From the NCBI GenBank assembly GCA_963674745.2, contig CAXXDV010000003.1, positions 2,624,001 through 2,688,000 on the forward strand: a DNA stretch of 64,000 bases, written 5' to 3'. Every line of letters begins with the position of its first letter. Position 1 is the first letter of the stretch. Below, one piece after another: positions 58,292 to 64,000 of the stretch. The DNA is from Desulfosudaceae bacterium. GTDB lineage: Bacteria; Desulfobacterota; Desulfobacteria; Desulfobacterales; Desulfosudaceae. The notes beneath the pieces are model-generated. The model saw only the letters and a list, made by a program, of their open reading frames with translations. It did not search any database and was not told the DNA's origin. The translations under genes were made by a program, and so were the position numbers.

Positions 58292-59869
58292 TCATTCCGC
58301 GCCCAGATTTTTCTGATAAATCACCTTATCGTCTTTTGGGCCGTAGAAATCAGGTAACAGGGAAGCTGCCTCATACCCGCAACGTTCGTAAAACAGACGG
58401 GTTTTCTCATACTGGGGACGTCCGGATGTATCGGCATATATCCGTCGCCCTCCCGCTTCGGCAATCAGGCGTTCGGTTTCAGCCATCAGCCTTTGACCAT
58501 ATTTTTCATTCTGGAAATCCGGATGAACGGCAATCCAGTAAAGGTCATAACTGGATTGCGTGCATGGAATCGGGCCGAAACAGGTATAACCGAACAGGCG
58601 AGACCGGCTTTCACAGAACACGAAAAAATATCCGCTCAACGGTCCTTTGGCAAGGTTTTCTTCAATCAATTCAGTCGCCATGATCACTTCATCTTCATGG
58701 AAAAACCCGGTAGCAGAGAGGAGGTCATGAATACGGAAAACATCATCCGGCTCAGTATCATATCGGAACAAAGACGAATTCTCTTCAAAGGGGATATTGG
58801 GGGGCTGTTCTTTTAAAAAAGGACCGGGCTCTTCCGGCACAGACGGCTTTTCCACTCTGTTGAAGGCGGACTGAACAATATAGTCAACAGCACTGGTGTA
58901 TGGTATGCCGGCTCTCTCCAGTGCCGCGGCAAACCCCGCGTCAGGAGAAATGCAGGGGTTGGCGTTGATTTCAAGGACCCAGGGAACACCGTTTTCGTCT
59001 ACGCGAAAATCCACCCGCGCATACCCGTTGAGACAGAACAGATCCCAGCATTCCAGAGCCGTTTTCTCCAGTAACTTTATAAGCGGCAAATCCATATCCG
59101 GAAAATCAAAGCACCTGGACGTGTGGGCGTATTCAAAAGACTGCGGGTCCCATTTTGCCTTGTACCCGACAATGCGGGGTTGATTTCCCCGAAAACCCTT
59201 AAAAACGATTTCCGCCGGCGGAAGCACCACCGGACCGCCGTCCATTTCCAGGAGCGACAGGTTAAACTCCCGGCCCTCGATATAGCATTCGGCAAAGCAA
59301 TCGCCCGGGACTTCAGGCGCTCTTTTTTTCAGGCAATCAATAACATCACCCACGGTGTCCGAATGGACGATGGCTCCGTAATCGAGTCCCACAGAAGCGT
59401 GCTCCCAGACCGATTTTACAATCCACGAAGGTGACGAAAGTTTCTCTGAAGGGTTCAGCCGGATATGTTTTGACAAGATCAGAGAATAAGGCCCAATCCA
59501 TGGCGAAGTCGGAATTCCCCACTGGTTCATCCGCTCCTTGGCGGTTATCTTATTGGAAGTCAGGTAGATTGCTTCCGACGAGGAGCCGGTATAAGGTATG
59601 CCTCTCGAATCCAGCAGAAACGGCACGGCATGAATCATCCGGCCCCGGCCGTCCAGCGATTCAACCAGGTTGAAAACCAGATCCGGCGAAAGCCGCAGCA
59701 AGTCCCGGCGCAGCGACGCCAGGTTCAGCCCGCATGCTATGGGAACCGTTTCATGGCCGAGAGAAACCAGTGCCTCGGAAACAGAACCGGCCTGCTGAAG
59801 CGCATCCGCTTGATCCGGAGAACTCTCTTTGCCGACAATATCATGCAGGATTACAATCCGCATTGTCAT
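58292..59869 (-). CDS. Ddl-like ATP-grasp ligase fused to a C-terminal GNAT domain
   Basis: VFNLVES, PYTGS, VKSVWEHAS.G, ECYIEGREF, GYARVDFR, LEINANP; GNAT YDLYWIAVHPD..YADTS..FYERCGY..DFY...DDK. Confidence 0.88.
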   Translation of the reverse strand: MTMRIVILHDIVGKESSPDQADALQQAGSVSEALVSLGHETVPIACGLNLASLRRDLLRLSPDLVFNLVESLDGRGRMIHAVPFLLDSRGIPYTGSSSEAIYLTSNKITAKERMNQWGIPTSPWIGPYSLILSKHIRLNPSEKLSSPSWIVKSVWEHASVGLDYGAIVHSDTVGDVIDCLKKRAPEVPGDCFAECYIEGREFNLSLLEMDGGPVVLPPAEIVFKGFRGNQPRIVGYKAKWDPQSFEYAHTSRCFDFPDMDLPLIKLLEKTALECWDLFCLNGYARVDFRVDENGVPWVLEINANPCISPDAGFAAALERAGIPYTSAVDYIVQSAFNRVEKPSVPEEPGPFLKEQPPNIPFEENSSLFRYDTEPDDVFRIHDLLSATGFFHEDEVIMATELIEENLAKGPLSGYFFVFCESRSRLFGYTCFGPIPCTQSSYDLYWIAVHPDFQNEKYGQRLMAETERLIAEAGGRRIYADTSGRPQYEKTRLFYERCGYEAASLLPDFYGPKDDKVIYQKNLGAE

Positions 59870-59877
59870 GACACCTG

Positions 59878-60873
59878 TTATGACTTTCCCTGCTTGACGC
59901 GCGTTTCCGCCGATCGGACAATCCTCGCGACAAGCTCCTGGTAGGGTATGCCTGCCATATCGCAGATTATCGGCAGGTCTGAATACCCGGGACGCAGACC
60001 GGCCAGGGGGTTGACCTCCAGAAAACCCGGACGGCCCCGGTCATCGCAGCGCAAATCGACACGACCGGCGTCTCTGCAGCCAAGCGTACGCCATATACCC
60101 AGGGCCATCGATTCTGCTTCGCTGACAACCGGATCTTCTCCCGGACGGATGAAACGATATTCAACAAGGCCCTCCCAATGTTCTTTATTATGATATGAAT
60201 AGGCCTTGTCTTCTGCCTGGGGCCGGATGAGGATTTCCATGGTACCTGCGGCTTCGGCGTCCGTTCCCGTCCCCAGGATACCCGTCGTGAACTCCCTTCC
60301 GGAGAAATACTGCTCAACCAGGACCGGCTGACGATAGACCGACAGCAATCGGCTGCAGATCCCGGACAATTCCGATTGTTCAGTAACAACCGAGGCCTCG
60401 GTTATGCCCTTACCTGTCCCTTCCGCCGCCGGTTTGACAAAATAAGGCGGATCAAATGAGATCGAAAACAGGTCATCCGGCCTTTCAACGACCTGGAAGG
60501 CCGGAGTGTGGTATCCGCAGTTCGCTGCTACATGTTTTGTCATTCCCTTGTGCAGCGTCAGGCTCATTACCAGCGGGTCGGAAAAAGTATAGGGGATATC
60601 GTATACATCCAGAATCGCCGGCACCTGTGCTTCCCGGGCAATCCCGTGAAGGCCTTCGGCGATATTGAAAACAAGATCCCAGCGGTCGCCGGCGGAAACC
60701 CTTGCCATCAAATCCCTGGCCGAGCCGATCCGGTCCGTGGTGTGCCCCAGTGCCCCCAGGGCGTCCTCAATGGCCAGGATCGTGTCATCCCTGTCAAATT
60801 CGGCCGTCTCCTCCTCCCCATACCCCATTTTGAGATAATCCGAACGCAAATCATAGGTCAGCCCGATGTTCAT
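59878..60873 (-). CDS. Ddl-like ATP-grasp ligase
   Basis: IGLTYDLRSDY, VFNIAEG, REAQVPA, FVKPAAEGTGKGI, GRVDLR, LEVNPLAGL. ATGA overlap with the kamA stop. Confidence 0.88.
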   Translation of the reverse strand: MNIGLTYDLRSDYLKMGYGEEETAEFDRDDTILAIEDALGALGHTTDRIGSARDLMARVSAGDRWDLVFNIAEGLHGIAREAQVPAILDVYDIPYTFSDPLVMSLTLHKGMTKHVAANCGYHTPAFQVVERPDDLFSISFDPPYFVKPAAEGTGKGITEASVVTEQSELSGICSRLLSVYRQPVLVEQYFSGREFTTGILGTGTDAEAAGTMEILIRPQAEDKAYSYHNKEHWEGLVEYRFIRPGEDPVVSEAESMALGIWRTLGCRDAGRVDLRCDDRGRPGFLEVNPLAGLRPGYSDLPIICDMAGIPYQELVARIVRSAETRVKQGKS

Positions 60874-62246
60874 CCGATTCGTTCTCCAGCAAAAACTGGT
60901 ACTTGTTGACATCCTTCCGCCACCGGCAATCCGTTCTCGACCACTTCCGCCATATCCGGGTAGGAGAACAACCTGTTTTCATAGTTTTGCAGCACCAGCC
61001 CGGTATTATCGTGACTGACCACAGCGTTCGGCAAAAGTGGGATCTTGCCACCGCCGCCGGGCGCGTCAACAACATAGGTGGGTACGGCATAGCCGGAGGT
61101 GTGGCCGCGCAGGCCCCGAATAACCTCCAGGCCCTTTGATATTGAAGTCCGGAAATGCCCGGAACCGATCACCGGATCACACTGATACAAATAGTACGGT
61201 TTGACCCGCATCTTCATCAGTCGGTGCATAAGGGATTTAATGGTCATGACATCATCATTGATCCCTTTTAACAGAACCGTCTGAGAGCCCAGCGGAATGC
61301 CCGCATCCGCCAATTGCTCACAGGCTTCATGCGTTTCCGGGGTGCATTCATCCGGATGGGTAAAATGGAGGCTCATCCATAAGGGATGATATTTCCTCAA
61401 CATCCGGACAAGCTCCGGCGTAATCCGTTGCGGAAGGACCGCCGGCGTCTTTGTTCCGATACGGATGATTTCTACATGTGGGATCTCCCGGATTTGGCTC
61501 AGGATCCAGTCCAGTTTCTCGTCGCTCATGGTCAACGGATCGCCGCCTGACAACAGCACGTCCCGAACCGAAGGCGTACAACGGATATAGTCAATCGCTT
61601 TTTCAAGACGCGCCCGAGAGGGATAATATTTTCCGTGGCCGACAATACGTGATCTCGTACAGTACCGGCAGTATGTCGCACAGAAACCCGATACGAGAAA
61701 AAGGACGCGGTCGGGATAACGATGAACAAGCCCGGGCAACCGGGTATGTTCTTCTTCCCCAAGCGGGTCCTTCCCTTCCCCGGGAAGCTGGAAAAATTCA
61801 TGAACAGTCGGTACGACTGTCCGTCTCAGGGGGTCACCCGGTTTGGACCCATAGAGCAGGCTTAAATAATAAGGGGTAATTCCCAGCGGCAGCTTCGTCT
61901 TGGATTCCGCAAAAGTACCCATTTCATCAAGGGACAGATCAAGAAATCGGGCAAGCATTCGCGGAGAAGTTATCCTGTTCTGGACTTGCCACTGCCAACT
62001 GTGCCATTGACGGTCCTTTGTCCGGGGATAATACCTGCTTCTGAAAACCTCTGTTTTCCGGTTGACCGGAGGGCAGGTTCTGAAATAACATGAAGATTCA
62101 GGGGGTGCTGTGGATAGCGGGGTGGGAGAGAGAACAGGAGGAAGAGAAGACGGGTCGGGAGGCTCGTCATCCTTTCGGCTGGGAGGTTCGTCATCCTTTT
62201 CCATAATGTACGTCCGGCTTGTCTGACTATTTATTATCTGATACAT
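60870..62246 (-). CDS. KamA-family radical SAM aminomutase (lysine 2,3-aminomutase-like)
   Basis: DPLGE, HRYPDRVL, CATYCRYCTR, LSGGDPL, QTVLLKGIND, PYYLYQCD, DAPGGGGKIP (PLP lysine). Confidence 0.92.
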   Translation of the reverse strand: MYQIINSQTSRTYIMEKDDEPPSRKDDEPPDPSSLPPVLSPTPLSTAPPESSCYFRTCPPVNRKTEVFRSRYYPRTKDRQWHSWQWQVQNRITSPRMLARFLDLSLDEMGTFAESKTKLPLGITPYYLSLLYGSKPGDPLRRTVVPTVHEFFQLPGEGKDPLGEEEHTRLPGLVHRYPDRVLFLVSGFCATYCRYCTRSRIVGHGKYYPSRARLEKAIDYIRCTPSVRDVLLSGGDPLTMSDEKLDWILSQIREIPHVEIIRIGTKTPAVLPQRITPELVRMLRKYHPLWMSLHFTHPDECTPETHEACEQLADAGIPLGSQTVLLKGINDDVMTIKSLMHRLMKMRVKPYYLYQCDPVIGSGHFRTSISKGLEVIRGLRGHTSGYAVPTYVVDAPGGGGKIPLLPNAVVSHDNTGLVLQNYENRLFSYPDMAEVVENGLPVAEGCQQVPVFAGERIG

Positions 62247-62600
62247 GTTGTCTCCTTACGTTAAAAAATTATTTGCCCATGCAACATTCTTACGACGTAA
62301 TTATGGGTTATATTTTAAAAAAGTAAATGTTTTTTTACTTATCTTGAAAAAATCTTTTCTCTTCTGATCGTGCCCTATTTATTTAAAATAACAGGGTGTT
62401 GAGGATTTACTAAATTCGGCCTTTTACTAACCATCCTCCTTGTAGAAGCCTGCTGAATAATCTTTTTAAGCTCGGTTAAGTCATAAAGAATCGGTTCCAG
62501 CTGTTTTAAGAAAGGCCGTCATGTCGAAGGCGTTATTCTCATGGTATTGAGGGAATTATTTTTTTAAACTCATTATCATCAAATGACGGAGAGCTATCAC

Positions 62601-62675
62601 ATGGCATCAGTTTTTCTGTTCATGATTGTTATTCTCCTGTCTTTGGTTTTACGAAAAATGGTTCGGGGTAGATAG
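62601..62675 (+). CDS. Possible 24-aa single-TM peptide
   Basis: GGAG upstream; MASVFLFMIVILLSLVLRKMVRGR*. Confidence 0.3.
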   Translation: MASVFLFMIVILLSLVLRKMVRGR

Positions 62676-62756
62676 TGGTTGAATTTTTTATAATCAGCGT
62701 ATATTTGTTAAATATTGATAGCCCTTAACAGAGAAGTAACTATTTTTTTTGGAACC

Positions 62757-62997
62757 GCCATGCATATTACAGCATGGCTGGAAAAACTGGCCGCCCACAC
62801 GCCGGTTGACCGGTATCGTCATAACGCGAGCGAAGATAATGCCGACGCGCACATGAAGCGGCAGATCATGGGGCGGGAAGTAGTGGTGGCGGTCACAGAC
62901 GGCAGGCTTGATTTCGGCACCTGGGGAACAGATATTCTACGGAGAATTTGACGGCCGGCGGCCCAAAAGAGTGTTGATAAAAATTATCGGGGAATAA
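62757..62997 (+). pseudogene. yjbQ: Degenerate duplicate of the yjbQ 3' half
   Basis: High nucleotide similarity to 50860-51150, but lacks the 5' end, has an internal deletion ([17 protein letters not shown]) and a +1 G frameshift (acctggggaacag). Confidence 0.9.
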
Positions 62998-62998
62998 C

Positions 62999-63778
62999 AT
63001 GAAAACTGATCAGGTTATTAATTACATTGTTGGCTGGTTGAAGGATTACTGCGAAAACGCCGGTTCCCGGGGATATGTTGTCGGCATATCCGGCGGCATT
63101 GATTCGGCCGTAACATCCACCCTGTGCGCGAAAACCGGTAAAAGCGTCATCGTATTGAACCTGCCCATCCTCCAGGATCCGGGTCAACTCACACTGGCAC
63201 AGGACCATATTAGTTGGCTGACCAAAAACTTTACCAATGTTACTGCGGATCGTATCGACCTGACCGGGGCTTTCCAGGTTTTTGTCCAGGCGCTGCCTGA
63301 AGAATCAAGGGAAGATCTGGCCCTGGCCAATTCCCGCTCCAGGCTGAGAATGGCAGCCCTTTACGCCATGGCCACCCATCATAAGCTGCTGGTGGCCGGC
63401 ACCGGTAACAAGGTTGAAGATTTCGGGGTGGGTTTTTTTACCAAATACGGGGACGGCGGCGTGGATGTCTCTCCGGTCGCCGATCTTTTAAAAACAGAAG
63501 TATATGATATCGCCGGCCACCTGGGTATAATTCAGGAGATCATGGACGCGCCACCAACTGACGGGCTGTGGGCGGACAGCCGAACCGATGAAAGCCAGAT
63601 CGGCGCTTCCTACCCGGAGCTGGAATGGGCCATGTCCGTTGACGACGCCGACCTGGATGAAAGTTCTTTGACACCGCGCCAGCTGGAAGTTCTCAAGATT
63701 TACCGCCGGTTCAACAGCGCCAATCGTCACAAAATGGATCCCATCCCGGTCTGCGAAATACCGGATGAATTGCGTTAA
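62999..63778 (+). CDS. nadE: NH3-dependent NAD+ synthetase
   Basis: GISGGIDSAV, NSRSRLRM, GTGNKVE..VGFFTKYGDGGVD, PTDGLW...TDE.QIG..Y. Confidence 0.95.
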   Translation: MKTDQVINYIVGWLKDYCENAGSRGYVVGISGGIDSAVTSTLCAKTGKSVIVLNLPILQDPGQLTLAQDHISWLTKNFTNVTADRIDLTGAFQVFVQALPEESREDLALANSRSRLRMAALYAMATHHKLLVAGTGNKVEDFGVGFFTKYGDGGVDVSPVADLLKTEVYDIAGHLGIIQEIMDAPPTDGLWADSRTDESQIGASYPELEWAMSVDDADLDESSLTPRQLEVLKIYRRFNSANRHKMDPIPVCEIPDELR

Positions 63779-63787
63779 GGACACATC

Positions 63788-64000
63788 ATGAGCTACGCCA
63801 CCCTTCTGCTTGACATCACAGACAGCATTGCCGTTATCACCTTGAACCGGCCGGACAGAATGAACGCCTGGAACGATCAAATGGCCATAGACCTCAGCAA
63901 TGCCCTGGCCGCCTGCGACAAGAATGACGACGTACGGGCGGTGGTGATTACCGGTGCAGGACGGGCGTTCTGCGCCGGTTCTGATTTCTTTTCCGGTGAC
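63788..64000 (+). CDS. Enoyl-CoA hydratase/isomerase (5' part, truncated by the window)
   Basis: MSYATLLLDITDSIAVITLNRPDRMNAWN...VRAVVITGAGRAFCAGSD. Confidence 0.88.
   Translation, partial: MSYATLLLDITDSIAVITLNRPDRMNAWNDQMAIDLSNALAACDKNDDVRAVVITGAGRAFCAGSDFFSGD

Noticed and set aside
58292..60873. Housekeeping ddl (D-Ala-D-Ala ligase) genes
   Set aside because: They lack the canonical N-terminal GG.S.E..VS motif, occur as a pair with kamA and a GNAT fusion, and are not in a cell-wall gene cluster.
60870..62246. EpmB (EF-P beta-lysylation)
   Set aside because: No efp or epmA nearby; the length and DAPGGGGKIP motif fit KamA/AblA-type enzymes better.
1..64000. tRNA/rRNA genes, prophage, integrase or transposase
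   Set aside because: No such motifs recognised in the ORFs or intergenic regions by eye.

Overview
A 64-kb, GC-rich, almost fully coding bacterial chromosomal segment. The gene content (CCG/HdrD-type Fe-S proteins, DUF6485, a small UGA-containing dual-CXXC protein, GTAG REPs) suggests an anaerobic Desulfobacterota/Desulfobacterales-like organism; this is inference. I found no rRNA, tRNA, CRISPR array, integrase, transposase or reverse transcriptase. In order, the window holds: a GldA/F/G-like ABC exporter with DUF4340; FAD/Fe-S oxidoreductase modules and panB; PBP1B with a TPR lipoprotein; recD-recB, separated from recC by about 13.8 kb of accessory genes; an AAA+ ATPase/beta-propeller pair between inverted repeats; and an about 11.6-kb block bracketed by direct repeats of the yjbQ 3' end. 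That block carries a KamA + two ATP-grasp + GNAT + diadenylate cyclase cluster and several deletion-scarred gene stubs. Best candidates for undescribed biology: (1) a VanZ-like membrane protein coupled to two DUF1566 surface proteins that share a Cys-less lipobox-like N-terminal motif (GLVSIIG-T-GGS), opposite an omptin protease, possibly a new N-terminal processing/anchoring system; (2) the KamA/ATP-grasp/GNAT/c-di-AMP cluster; (3) a small selenoprotein gene missed by the ORF track. All family assignments are from motif recognition by eye, not database searches.
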